DNA of 64,000 nucleotides from Isurus oxyrinchus (Eukaryota): assembly GCA_026770705.1 (NCBI GenBank), contig JANJGN010000039.1, forward strand, positions 3,534,001 through 3,598,000, given 5' to 3'. The notes under the pieces were generated by a model, which was not told the origin of the DNA, searched no databases, and worked only from the letters and a program-made list of their open reading frames with translations. The first letter of the stretch is position 1. Each line of letters begins with the position of its first letter. Positions 11,990 through 24,359 of this stretch are shown here, in pieces. A program made the position numbers and the translations under genes.

Positions 11990-12897
11990 TCAATGTGTTT
12001 TCAGCTGTAATTTGACTAATTTTACGCACCATTCCATAAGGCACAGCATTCCTTTCTTCAGCTCCTCCCTAAACTTAGACTGTGTCAGCACATAAATGAA
12101 TGTATTTGTGCAGCAACTGAGGAGCCCAAGCATGAATCCCAATGACTCAAGTTCATTAGTGCCAGAATATGAAATGATTGCTGTACGCAGGGTGATAAAA
12201 TAAAATAAAACCGGAGCTGCCCAGAACAACATAAAGCTGCCGGTTATACTGAACAGGAAAATGATGGACTTTCTTCGGCTTTCAATCTCTGGATCATTGT
12301 GATGCTCTCCATTGCAGCAACCGCGGAGACCCCTGCGAACTCTACTGGCGGCTAAAATACGTCTCACCGTCAAAATATTTATCAACAAAATTAAAATGAA
12401 GGGAACAAATGGGTTCAAAGTAAGGGTAAACCAATCAAATGCAGCCCATTCAGCATAAATGAAAAATGTCGGTTTTAGGAAGCAACCGCGAGATACATTG
12501 CCAATTATATATGCAGGTTCATACGCAAAATACCAGGGAATGTTTGTCAAAGAACTCAAAACACTCACTACTGATATGACAGCTGCGCCTGTTGTCTCTG
12601 TACAATATTTTTTTTTCAGCTGCTGACAACATATCGCCACAAAACGATCGAAGGTGAACGCCACTGTTAACCATACAGCGGCTGATGTGAATATATAAAT
12701 CAACGTCTCAGTCAGATGGCACACCGTGCTCATTGTCAAGAATGAATCCGGAAAATAAACACCCAGCATCTCCTTCAGTATGACTTCAGTACAAATAAAC
12801 AGGAAATCAGCCACTGCCATGGCCATCATATAGAGTGTAATGCACTTGGAAAGTCCACACTTTCTTCTGGAAAGGATCACAATCGCAACAACATTAG
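11990..12897 (-). CDS. GPR139/GPR142-like class A GPCR, receptor B unit 1, main 7TM exon (open frame, but the exon-1 start codon is lost)
   Basis: Polypyrimidine tract and cag| acceptor at 12898. Reads ANVVAIVILSRRKCGLSKC, MAVADFL, FTFDRFVAICC, RRKSIIFLF, SCCTNTFIY, with no internal stop. Confidence 0.85.
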
Positions 12898-13079
12898 CTG
12901 TAAGTGAGGGATAGAGAGAGAAGGAGATAGACGTCACAGATGAACAAGGCAACTTCTCTTGCAGTTACAGAAAAGGCTCAAGCATTTTACCCAAACATGC
13001 AGGGCCTGCTTCCCGAGACGAGCATGTACTAAATGTGGATTGGACTTAGTACATGTGGACAGGGAATTGTTCATTCCTC

Positions 13080-14240
13080 TTTTGATAGGAACATCGTCAA
13101 TTTAAACTGGGGGCAACTACTTTGCAACAACGATCGAGCATTTGGAGGGAGAATCTGTTCTGGACAATTTTATGGTACAAGAACGGCTGGGAATGTTGAA
13201 CTTTAAATATTAAATTGGGGTTGTAAAGAGATGTGTGAGGATGAAATATAAATTGGGAAATGAAGCTGCAAAATGGGCTAAGTAGAGTTATACTCTGCAA
13301 GAGGTAGTGCTGCAATGTGTGCTGCGTGGTTTATAGATGTGATAAGTTTTTGGAAGGGTTACTGTGCAACAAGCCTGACAGCTCGAAGTTAAAATCCTGG
13401 CCGGCAGCATGGATATACTCTGAAACGATTGGAGTGTAAAGATGGAATAGTAGTTGCACAGGGCCTGTTAGAATGGTCACTGAGCTACAAAAAAACACTA
13501 GCATAGACGAGGCCGTATAAAAGTTTACCCAGGAGTCCACACAGATGCCGTTTAATGACCATCAAAACAAGGTGACATATTTATGCAGATTCGTAGTGAA
13601 ACGTTGTGGTAACGGATGAGGGCTGATGAGTCAGATGTTTTAAGGCAGACTCAGTAATGAAAGATTAATATGCAGGCTGGGCACTGTGAAGGTATAATCA
13701 GGTGAATGCAGCGCTAATTCATTGCAGACAAAGTGAAGCAATATTGCTTTGCCGATTGGGTATAGTTGATGCTGATCAAGGCGGCAGTTGAATGGCCGAA
13801 TGGGAACGGTGACATTGCTATCAGGTTAAGTGTGCAATATTTATTGGCCATCGGGAAGGCAGAGTAGTTATTGCGCAGTGCAACGCTTCTTTCTGGTATA
13901 ATTAGTTTTAAAGTGTAATGAACGGATATCGCAAAATGCAGGTACAATAGGAATCACAGCGATGCAAGACACATTGTTGGTAATGTGTGGTGAGCTAGCA
14001 ATTGGAAGATGTGATTCCAATAGTTAAAATCAACTATCTATTCTGAGGAGACAGGAGAACGTTCCCATTGATTGATCGGATGTTGATGGAGGCACTTAGT
14101 TTCCGAGAGGGTATAAGGGAGTCACTTGCGTTTCATTCACAGTAACCATGAGAAATGATTTGAAATGTGAAGCTGAACACCGACCCTCGTAGGACACCAA
14201 GTGTAAAAGTTCCAGGTCGACATGGACTGTGATAGGCACA
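13080..14240 (+). mobile_element. Old CR1 LINE fragments in GPCR intron; paralog ~43020-44200
   Basis: Decayed CR1 ORF2 C-terminal sequence (tagacgaggccgtataaaagtttacccagg, approximating LERVQRRFTR). Confidence 0.5.
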
Positions 14241-17200
14241 TCGATTTGAGTAGATGGATTATTTTAGGTGTATTATATGATTAGAAGAGGAAAACAACAA
14301 AGTGTGTATTACCCGATGATAAAGAGCTAAATCCTAACATATGCATGGTTAAATTAACATATCTTGCAGCTATTTTTATTTCAGATTGGTTTGCATCATA
14401 ACATCCTTGAATTTTAGCATTATTTGGTAAAATATATATTTCTTTTTCAAAATGCAAGAACATTTTTGTTAATTAGCCATGGAATTCACAGTTGTGTTAT
14501 CATATTGAAGATTAAATGAAGCATTTCTACTTACTAGTGATTAAATCCAATAATCTTTATAAATCATACGAAATTGACGTGAGCCTCGGATAATCATGCC
14601 TGCAACAAGGTCTCTTTTGTTCAACTAAACTACTAAAACTCCGTTGAGTTTTGAAGAGTTTCTCAGTGAATTGCAATGAACCAATTTGTTCCTGCCATAC
14701 ATTTAATAACTTAATTAACACGGTTATTTATTTTTAATCTGCATTTCAAAGCAATTTAAATAACTCTAGTCTTAATTAATATGAAACGTAATTGGTTGGC
14801 TTCTGAAATTTTGTTTGTACTTCTGGTACTTATCGTGTCGGATAGGATTTGCTGGCTCTTGCAATGGTGCAGAATAGCTTTTCGGCTGAAATTTCCGTTC
14901 AGACACAGGATGCCCAGATTAAGGAATGGAAATGCACATTCTCACAATCGAGGTATGAGTGAATAGAGAGTTTACTGAAGTACCAAGTGCTTTCAAGGAT
15001 TTGCAACCTGAAGCAGACTGAATGTGTAGTTTTTGCAAACTTGTATTTCGGAAAACATCAATGCAATGGAGCAATGTCTATAAAAGGGGTGGTGAAATAT
15101 CATTTTGGATCATAATTCCTGAAGATGTTGAGTGATTATTTGCATGAACTTTGAAAAAAATAAGTTGTATTAGTCGGATAAAGTCAAACAGAATTTCCCA
15201 TTCCTGTATCAGCTTGTAAGTTGCCAAGCTCTGACCACACAAAAATAATCTTTATAAGGTGACAAACACAGGCCAGTTGGCAGCTGCTGCCTCCCATTCA
15301 CAACGTTCTAATTCGAATGTAAGCGTCAAACTTTGATTGACTTGATGGGAACTGTCGGAGATAATCACAAACAGCCTTGAAAACGCTAGGTAATGTATAT
15401 AAGTTGAAGGTGGATTTTCTTTTGATCACATAGGCTGCACTAGAAAGCGAGGGAAACATTAGAAAGTCAAAGCCGTTTTGACTTATTTACAGCCCAAAAG
15501 AAACGTCAAAAATAAAGTTTCCCTTCATTAACCCTATACCTATTATTCCCTGAGCAAATCTAGTATTTATTTCACTACAATGTCATTAATTTTCACTGAG
15601 AGTCCTAATTATCAATTCGCTTTATTGAGCTAAACAAAGATATTTAACGAAATTATCAGCACATAAAGCTGTACTGGCCAGATCTGTAAATAAGGAAACT
15701 ATTAAAACAGGAAAAAGAGAGTAATGTACGTAATTATATAATGAAGCCGCCAATGTTTGAGCAAATTAATTTTCAAAACTACTATCCAATACATTATCAA
15801 GTTTCCAGAAATTTCCTCCAAATTAACCATTGAAATGCCCCACGAATGAACCACGCAATCCTCTACCGAATTTAATAGTGAACTATAGAAACCGTTATTC
15901 AGTATTTTATCTTTCAAATTAAATATACAAATATCAAGTATATTATCCATATAAGCCCCTGATAAATTAAGTGGAGAAGTGAACATGTATATACGCTGAG
16001 GAATTGCTCTCTGCAAAAGCAATCTGCTTCTTACCTGTAACTGATTTGCTGTTTGTGAAAAGAAACATAGAACAGGTTCAGTGCACTTTGATTAATTTGC
16101 CTCTTGGTGTCGTTCCCGTAAATACCCCAGTCTGATGAACGACAGAGCGATGGAGATTCTGCCACTTTCCTAACTCCGTATCAGTTCAAGAGTCATTTTT
16201 GATTCGTAATGTAAGCACAAAATAACAATTTTCTGCAGCATCGTTTGTATGTAAAGCAGATTCTGAAGCTCCAATTCATTTCACGGACGTTGTGAATGCT
16301 CTGGCTCATGTAACACGGAGTGAGATCCACTGAACAGTGTTTTTTGGTTATGACACATTGCTGCAGACTAGGTAGCAACAGTTACAGTAGAAATGCAGGA
16401 GAAGTTCCCGCGCTGCAGGTTAAAAACGCGAAAAGTGACTTAGGTACCTAAAGGAACATTACATTAAGTAGGCATCAGACTGGATTTTACATTTTGCGGA
16501 AACGTGAGATTGGCGAAATGCAAAATGAATGGTCAGCTCCATCTTGTCCCACTCACCCTCCCTTAGACGACCTCTACCTCCTCAACCCATCCAATTCCGC
16601 GGAAGAGGCAATGAGTGATGCAAAATGGTGTCCAAATCCAGTCGGCAGTGAATGCCTGGACCTCATGCGGCAGAGTGTAATGCTATGAACAGAGAGTCGG
16701 TCTGGCTACAAGCTCAAGACAACCTACTCTCAGAATTTTTTTCGAAAAATATTTTTCATTGAAAGCCCAGGCAAGAAACAAAAAAGTGAGATAAAAACCA
16801 TGAAGATGCTGCCATCTTCCCCAGCACAATCTGCTGTTTTATTCGATGATGCTACTGGAGGCAGGAGTTCCATTCCGACAATTTGCCATCTCACAGTAGC
16901 TGCACTAAACAAATTACTTTTCTCGCCTGAGCCACAGCAAATGCAATGCACCAAACAGGAGAACATACGATTGGTTCACTCACAAGCTCAATACCCTGTT
17001 AATTAGTAACCTGAGAAAGGTGGGCCCGCCCGTTCTCCATCTGTAAATGGGGAGAATTAAGAACGCAAAATCATTTTACCCCCTGCATGTAATTTATCTA
17101 CGTTGGAACTTTGACTATTTTGAGGCGGGTGGGTGATGCGGTGGAGGGGGTTGTGGTGGCCGGGTGGGTGCGAGTGGTGATAGGAAGTGTGAGGGTGAGG

Positions 17201-17489
17201 GTTTGGCGTGCGATTTGGTGATGAACATTACAGCCAATCGTTTTGGCTGCAGAAGTAGGCATTCAGACGTGAAATGATGACACATGTCCTCAGTTGATAA
17301 GCGGATTATTGCAAAGGATTTGAATTAAAACATGCACGTTATAGTTCACCTTAGTTTACTATCACAAAGTAAACACACAGGGACGTCCTTTCATTATCAA
17401 ATGACAAAAAAAAACATCCATAGATTCGGCATTATGCAGCACTTTCTTTTCGTGGGAATATTGGCAAGATTAGTATTTTTTTCCGATAT

Positions 17490-19410
17490 CACATATTATT
17501 CTTCTTGCTGTCCATGTGATGCGGGTGCACAAACAGTGTTTCGAGCGATGTGTTTACAGGAATTTGATTCACTGGCAGTCAGGGAATGCTGATGTATCTC
17601 CAAGTAAGGATATGGTGTGACTTGGAAATGATTTTGCAATAATAGTATTCCCAGACAACTTCAGCTCTTGCCGTTCCAGGCCTCCGATGTGAAGTGCTCG
17701 AACGGATGCCTTTTGTTCACATCTGTCATATATCAGGAGCAGCAGCAATCATACCTAACAACACGGCTTTGACCTGGTGAATTACAAGACAGGACACCTT
17801 GCATGCAAAGCAGCGGATGCAGCATGCAATTGACAGGTCTAATTAATCCCACCAGAAAATAACGTTAACTTAGCTCTGAAGTTCTGCTCATGTCATCTTC
17901 AATGTTGTTGGAAAATTCAATGACTCAATGGTGGCGGACAACACCAATAAACACATGGGCAATGATTGTGGAGCACAGCATATCAGTGCATATACATGGT
18001 TGAAGAACTTGCCACCATATTCAGACTGACGTGACTGGTGGATGCATCATCCCGGCCCCCTTCTGTGGATGAGAGCAACACAGAAGCCAGTTTTGAGCCA
18101 ATGTGGTTCACAACACTTGAGGTGAAGGAATGACTGAAGGAACTGCATGATGAAGAGACTATGGGTGCTGTCGGATACCAGCAATTGTACGGGAGATTAG
18201 TGCTCCTGAATAAACCTTCCTAGAGAACCTGGTCTAGTACAGCTAAAACACTGGCATGCACGTGAAAATGTGAGCAGTTGCATAGCTGGGCCTATCCACA
18301 AAAACAAAACAGGTCAAATCCAAACAATCAAATTACCACCAAATGTGCCTAATGGTTATCATGAACAAAGTGATGGAATGCGTCATGGGCATTGCTTTCA
18401 ATCGCCACGTACTCGGAAGTAACCTGTTCACTGGTGACCATTTTTTGCTTCATACGAGCTCCAGCCCTCGGTTCAGCCTTAAACCAAACATGGCCAAAAA
18501 TGCTGAATTCATGAGGTGATTGGAGAGCGGCTCCTGTTTACATGAAGACAACATTTCACATAATGTTTTGTCAAGGAGATATATCAGGATTGGGGTCAAT
18601 AAAAATAATGGGGGACCTACACATTGATTGCAGCCATACGTATCACAAAAGAAGGTTTATATTTTAAAAACAAAAAAACTGCGGATGTTGGAAATACAAA
18701 ACAAAAACATAATTAGCTGGAAAAACTCAGCGCATCTGTCAGCATCGGCGGAGAAGAGAAGAGTTGACGTTTCGAGATTTATATTTTGTTTTGTTTTGAA
18801 GGTGAATCAACTCATTCCGATGACATCACTGCACGAGATCCTATGGGCAATATCCTGAGCCAAACCAACCTGAGCTGCTTCATTAATTGACTTCTCTGCA
18901 TCATATTCCCAGAGGAAGGTTTGCGGTGGGGGACGGGGGTTGGGGTAGTGTCCGCTGACGATTGTTCAAAGTTCAACAACATTCGCAACTTAAAAGATAC
19001 TGAAGGAATCTTGCCCGTGTGCATCACGTCCTGGGCAATATCCAGGCTTCTGATGAAAACTGACAAGTCATGTTAGCACCACACAACTGACAGGCATATA
19101 CCACCTACAAAAACAGAGTATCCAACCAATTCTCCTAGACATTTAATGGTATTTCCATCGTTTAATTCCCGATTTTTACATCGATGGAAAAACCATCGTC
19201 TCGAAACTGTGACTGGAAGGGCAGGTCGGAAGCTCACAATTCTGTCACGAGGACATCACCCCCTAAATATCCAAAACCTTCCCTCCATCTACAATGCACA
19301 ATTCAGGAATGTAGTGGAAAACACAACAGTTTTCTGCATGAGTTCCGCTTCAATAACATTCAACAATATTGACCTAATCCAGGGCAAAGCCGGCTGCTTG
19401 ATTGGCAACC
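17490..19410 (+). mobile_element. CR1/L2(Zenon)-like LINE fragments (short minus-strand 3' piece ~17490-17700, then plus-strand ORF2); paralogs ~47150-48930 and inverted ~60170-61930
   Basis: ORF 19146-19499 includes LPSIYNAQFRNVVE and DLIQGKAGCLIG. RT-region sequence is recognisable upstream. Confidence 0.8.
18666..18777 (-). mobile_element. ~112-bp 3'-end-only Penelope insertion
   Basis: Matches the reverse complement of ~10396-10508. Flanked by tttatatttt at 18656-18665 and 18778-18787. Absent at the paralogous site ~48305. Confidence 0.85.
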
Positions 19411-19739
19411 AGTCCTTAGCTTTAATGATTCAAGCTGTTTATATTTACCGAATAGTTATTCTTACTGATTTTAAAATCATATCAATCATCAACCAATAAC
19501 TTAGCAAAATAACTTCATCAAAAATGGCTTTTTAGGCTTCGCACGATTGCAATCTTGCTTTCCTAAATACCATTTTGCCACGCCCCTCCGTTCACTGTGC
19601 ACCATTTTCCAGAGCATTAAGAGCACATGTTACTTATGTGAAACCTCCTGGCATTATGTAAAACATGGGCAATAAATATTCGTTTATGTTGACCACCTCC
19701 CCTTCCCCTAAGATCATGACTGAATGGGCATCCATGGAC

Positions 19740-20040
19740 GAATCATAGAATCACAGAATCATAGTGCGGAAGAGTCTCTTTGGCCCAATGAGTCTTCACC
19801 GACAAGTGAGAAACACCTGAAATACATACGTAATAACATTGACAAGCACTTGGACCATAGCCATGAATGTTACGACAAGCCAAGTGCTTATACAGGCACT
19901 TGTTAAAGGATGTGAGGCAACCCGCCTCCAACATCCTCCCAGGCAGCGCATTCCAGACAGTCACCTCTCCCTGGGTAAAAATGCTTTTTCTCAAATTCCT
20001 CCTAAACCTCTTGCCCCTCACCTTTAACTTATGCACTCTT
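19740..20040 (-). mobile_element. CR1 LINE 3' end; paralog ~49265-49563
   Basis: HKLKVRGKRFRRNLRKSIFTQGEVTVWNALPGRMLEAG, followed by a ttctgtgattctatgatt tail. Confidence 0.9.
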
Positions 20041-20049
20041 GTGGGGCAT

Positions 20050-20520
20050 AAAACACAGTTTTAGGGAGTGACCAGAAACAAAAACTATTGTACGCAGAGG
20101 ACGTCAATGTCTATGACCAAGACAGGATCGGTAGCACCACTAATGGCCAATCAGGCCGACTCCGACTGATAACTGCTAGACTGGCTCTTTTGCAGGTGAT
20201 CAGGGAACCAACAAGGTGCAAAGCCCGAAATGAACTAGCCTCGCCAACCTTCAAGCAGCATATGCACCTGCCCATTACAGGATTGAAAGGATAGAACACC
20301 TCACGTTCCTTGTGCAGACTTAGTCGGCCTTCACATTGGAATGTTCTTCCATGGTATTGTGTGACACTACCGTTGTGCGATACGGGTAGATTTCAAGCAG
20401 ATCAGCAACACCAGTGTGAAAATTCGCCAGACACTTTGGGCCATCAGCTGGAGCAGGGAAGTGCACAACCATAATTTGGAATTCCAAGCCCAACCTATCT
20501 CCAACTCCTCAATTTCCATG
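20050..20520 (+). mobile_element. LINE apurinic-endonuclease domain fragment; paralogs ~49575-50045 and inverted ~59532-59830
   Basis: EDVNVYDQDRIGSTTNGQSGR...LARLALLQVIREPTR-like text, a decayed GDFN...QVVREPTR region. Confidence 0.7.
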
Positions 20521-20639
20521 TGGAATTATTATGGTGATGGTTGTGGTGCTGGACAAGAATTCCAATTTCTCCTTTTGGTGTTCGCTGTTGTCACTGTGCG
20601 ACAGAGAATTAACCAGAGAATTCCTTGGATTACTGGGAA

Positions 20640-21090
20640 TTAGCTGCGATTTTCCAATGTGGAGACATTGACGAGGCTGACTCTCTGCTCTCTGGAGCTT
20701 TGCCAAATGAGAATTGATCTCACTGAAACATACACCATTCTTACAGTGTTCCATGTTATCTATGATGGAGGGATGTTTCGCTGGCGGGTCTGTCTAATAT
20801 CATGAAAAACAATTTCAAAATAACATTTACTGCAGATATTCCTTCACTCAGAGAGCAGCGAATGTTTGAAATTATCTCCCGCAACAGCGGCAGAGGCTCA
20901 GTCATTGGGTATGTTGAAGGCAGCACGATGAACCAATTTCTAAATATTAACTTCGCCCAGAGATATGAGATAGTACAAGGGAATGACATGAAGGCATGAT
21001 TACAGCCATAATATAGTTCAATAGTGGAGCAAGCGCGAGTGGCCACCTTTCTAATTTCTGCTCCCATTGCCTCTGAATCTATGTCCTTTT
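20640..21090 (+). mobile_element. Degraded CR1 3' end; paralog ~50180-50645
   Basis: ttcactcagagagcagcgaatgtttgaaatt (FTQRVV-WN-like), ending in ttctgctcccattgcctctg. Confidence 0.65.
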
Positions 21091-22208
21091 GTCACTTAGC
21101 AATGCGAGATTCACAAAGAGACAGGGGAGTCCGAAAATCGTTTAAACCAACTCAGTTCAATTCTCCCTGTAAATCAGTTAGATTTGGAAGTTTCATCTAG
21201 ACCAGCAGGTAGTGGAGGGCGAGAAACTAAATGGAGCAGAATAATAAGAACCAGAAACTATTCGGGGTTCGTAGGTGTTTCAAAATCAGACCACTTATGT
21301 CTCAGTCAGTTGAAATCTCCGTGCTGAGATAGATGTTTAACGATTTACTTCCGGCACCAGAAATTCAGAACAAAGTTCTCAGCTCATGGTCCAATCTCTT
21401 AGTGAAATAATTCTGCACTATCGCAAGTAGAACCTTTAAGAACAGATTCACGATTGACGAGGAAAATGTAGAAGATTCAATTCCACTTATTCGAGGAGCA
21501 ACATTGTCATAGCCAGTTATGTCCTGACCGATATTTCTACCTCTGCTAAAATCACCAAGTAAAAAATCCGGTCATTGTCAACATGTTGTCAATGGAAGCT
21601 TCCCAAGCACAAATCGACGATCACGCTTAAATTAAGTAATTCCATCAATGTGGTCATGGACAAAGGCTGTTCAATTTCATGTCTATCAATATACAAGTGA
21701 GTCAGACATCGGAATGTCTTAAGCGCAGACAACATTGTGTTTCAGCCAAGCTTACAGATATCATCATTTCACACTGATTTGCAAAACTATCGCTATGAAA
21801 AATTAGATGATTTGAAAGGGAATTTGTTGCTTGCGATATTGGAAAACAGGTGAAAACCGTGAGCAAACACTTTCAATAAGTGCAACCGAATTCTGCAGAA
21901 TGCGAATTTGCCCCTGCAATGATTTCCATACCTCCAATTACCTCCAATTTTAAACACGGTCTGAACTTGGTTATGACAATTATTGCAGAACCCCACCCAA
22001 ATTCAAGAAATTCCCCAAAGAATGAAGACGGTCAACACTGTAGAAAGCTGCGTGACACATAAAGCAACCTTAAGAAATCATGTAACGTGACACCTAACCT
22101 TTGATAACTCTCCAACAGAAAACGAACTATTTCACGTTACCAGAAACGCCTTTTGAGTACAAAGTCAATATCCAGTTATACGTCCACTGATTGTATTTAG
22201 GCTCTTAC

Positions 22209-22278
22209 CTGGTACACCAACAGCTGCGAGAATAGGGTAGTAAATGGCCTTTATCTTGTGAATTATCAGGTCTCCTAT
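22209..22278 (-). pseudogene. First coding exon of receptor B unit 1, with ATG changed to ATA
   Basis: Reads (ATA)GDLIIHKIKAIYYPILAAVGVP-G|gtaaga. The phase-1 donor joins in frame to 12897 (G+CT = Ala). The paralog has ATG at this position. Confidence 0.85.
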
Positions 22279-22579
22279 CTTTATGAGAATCTGTCTTTCC
22301 TCCTGAGATGGGTAAACAGGATGGAATGGAACGATGTGAGCTGGAAACTACAAACCCCCGTCACCTTTGAATTAATTTCAGAAACATAAAATAAATAAAG
22401 TAAAATCACTGTCGATACTCAGAAGGAGATACCACATTAATTAAACCCAAAATATCAGGGTAAAACTGGCAGCAAAGCATTTGTAACATGGAAGAGAGAT
22501 AAGCTGCTATATTTTACAGACATGAAGTCCTGTACATAAACTTCCAAACCCACTTCCGATACTCCCTAGAAAGACAAGA

Positions 22580-22815
22580 GTAACCTAGACTTGGGAATGC
22601 CACCATCTAGTAGCTGCTCTTCAAACCACTCACCGCCCTGATTTGGAAAGATATCGCCGTTTCTTCACTGCTTCTGCGTCAATGTACTGGACCTCCCCGT
22701 TATAACACAGACTACAGCAGCTCAAAAATGCATCTCACTACCATCTTTTCAAGGGCAATTAGGGAAGGCAATAAATGCTGGCCTCGCCAGCGTCGCCCAC
22801 ATTCAATGAATGGAT
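22580..22815 (+). mobile_element. CR1/L2(Zenon)-like LINE 3' terminus; paralog ~52160-52390
   Basis: Ends in aagggcaattagggaaggcaataaatgctggcctcgccagcgtcgcccacattcaatgaatg. Confidence 0.8.
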
Positions 22816-22939
22816 AGAATAAGAGAGATTATTATTTTTAGCCTGAGAGTATGTAAATAAACATACATTAGACAACGATAACTTCGAGAATGGGTTTGTA
22901 AGTGTCCCATATCTGACAAAGTGAAAAAACGATATTCGC

Positions 22940-23190
22940 TGTGAGAAGCGCTAATTGAAGCAGAAACACTGAGTCTTTTGGAGAACATGAAATGATCCGT
23001 TCAGAGAACCTCTTATTTATACAACAGATAAATCCCCATTAGCTCATTCATGTTCCCTGAAGAAATAAATCAGTTTCAGTCATTGAACAAACAGGTTATG
23101 TCAGTCACTCCCTTGTGAAAGCAACCACTACAAAGTGAAACATCAAATTTTGGACTGATGTCTGTGGTCAAACCAATTGAAGGGGCTGCA
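22940..23190 (-). promoter_or_regulatory. Putative GPCR core promoter and non-coding first exon; TATAAATA at 23014-23021
   Basis: TATA box on the gene strand. About 6 mismatches in the first ~160 nt versus 52515-52680, clearly more conserved than the flanks. Candidate donor gtatgt at ~22862-22867. Confidence 0.6.
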
Positions 23191-24359
23191 TGATAGCGAT
23201 CAATGGATAAATATTATCGGAGATGGTCAGAGCGGGAAATGATTAAACCACCAGGGGTTGTTGCGGGATAAATCGTCACTAATTTACATCAAAATGAATC
23301 TTAGCAACACAATGGTTCTGAACCTCCCTAAGTAGGGGCCACATTTCTGATGTTCCCCACTGTTTTGTGTTTCTGGATCCATTCTATGTTCCAACAAGGC
23401 ACGTGTGTGATCCTTGTCTTTGACATTCAAGCTCCCAGAGGGAAGACATACGCTGCCCAGATCGTTCCTGGATTATGCTGGCACTGATACCTCCGTCGGT
23501 GACTGGGCCTACATTCTATGGCGTTGCCCAGAAATTTGCACCATTCCACCTGCAAATTAAAAATGCAACCAGAGGACATGGAGGGTTCGTACTGTTGATT
23601 ACGTGAGGTGTAACACGATCTGTATGGAGAAGGCATTTGTTCTCTCAACCAGAAAATTTCAAAATAATGCGTTCCAGACGTTTCCAAACCTATAAATGGT
23701 CAATAACCATCCCCCCCCCCCCCCACCACCCCCGCCCCCCGACAGCAAATCAGTCTATTCCACCGACTCACATACTCCATCCAGAGAGATGTTTGGGCTG
23801 ATTGAAAAACAATGTTTTGAATAAAATAATAGGTTAATTCGAGTACAAGGCTGGGGGAATATTCCAAGCTAAACATTTAACTCCTGACCCTCAGATGTCT
23901 TCTGCCAACAATCATTGGCCGATGGAATCACTCATTATAATGAGGCAGAATCGCCATCACCTCCGGCTGTTGGTTTGCGCTGCATTTCATACAACACCAA
24001 ACTCACAAGAATTAAGGCCAGGGGTAGCTCATTCGGCCTCTTCAGTCCCTTCTGCAACTCGAAAAGAAAATGGTTTACCTGATCGTGGCCTCAGCTCCAT
24101 TTTCCTGCCTGTACTTCTCCAACCTGCGTCACACACCCGCCCCTCCAACACCCTCCACAAAACATACACATACGTCCTCATGACCTCAATATCCTTTATT
24201 GGTCAATGAACTATCCAAACTAGTCTGGAATATGAAGCCGCCCTGAAAAAGATGAAAAGAATGATCAATGTCATTTGCTCTTTTGACGATGACCTGATAA
24301 TCAGAGTGACGCAAGGCGGTTCGACAGTGTGGACCCCTTTCATGTGACTTGCGGTGCCA

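Noticed and set aside
12898-12952. N-terminal extensions of the ORF-track GPCRs (MPCSSVTSISFSLYPSLT; MFICDVYLPSLSSSLS at 42845-42893)
   Set aside because: These translate the intronic polypyrimidine tract from TTG starts. The real N-terminus comes from the exon ~9 kb upstream.
13622-13663. CTGATGAGTC...GACTCAG...GAAA, a possible hammerhead; also CTGATGA at ~16132
   Set aside because: GAAA does not abut stem II, no stem I or III can be formed, and the paralog of the first site lacks the core (cagatgag).
15702-16022. ORF pair MDNILDIC... (also 45195-45617), hydrophobic and present in both units
   Set aside because: Similarity is explained by the duplication. Starts and stops differ, many changes are non-conservative, and the DNA is AT-rich intron with no recognisable domain.
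23710-23740. Poly-C/G tracts (also ~5628-5640, ~32990-33015, 39567-39580) as G-quadruplex elements
   Set aside because: They are private to one unit or variable between units, consistent with slippage rather than conserved function.
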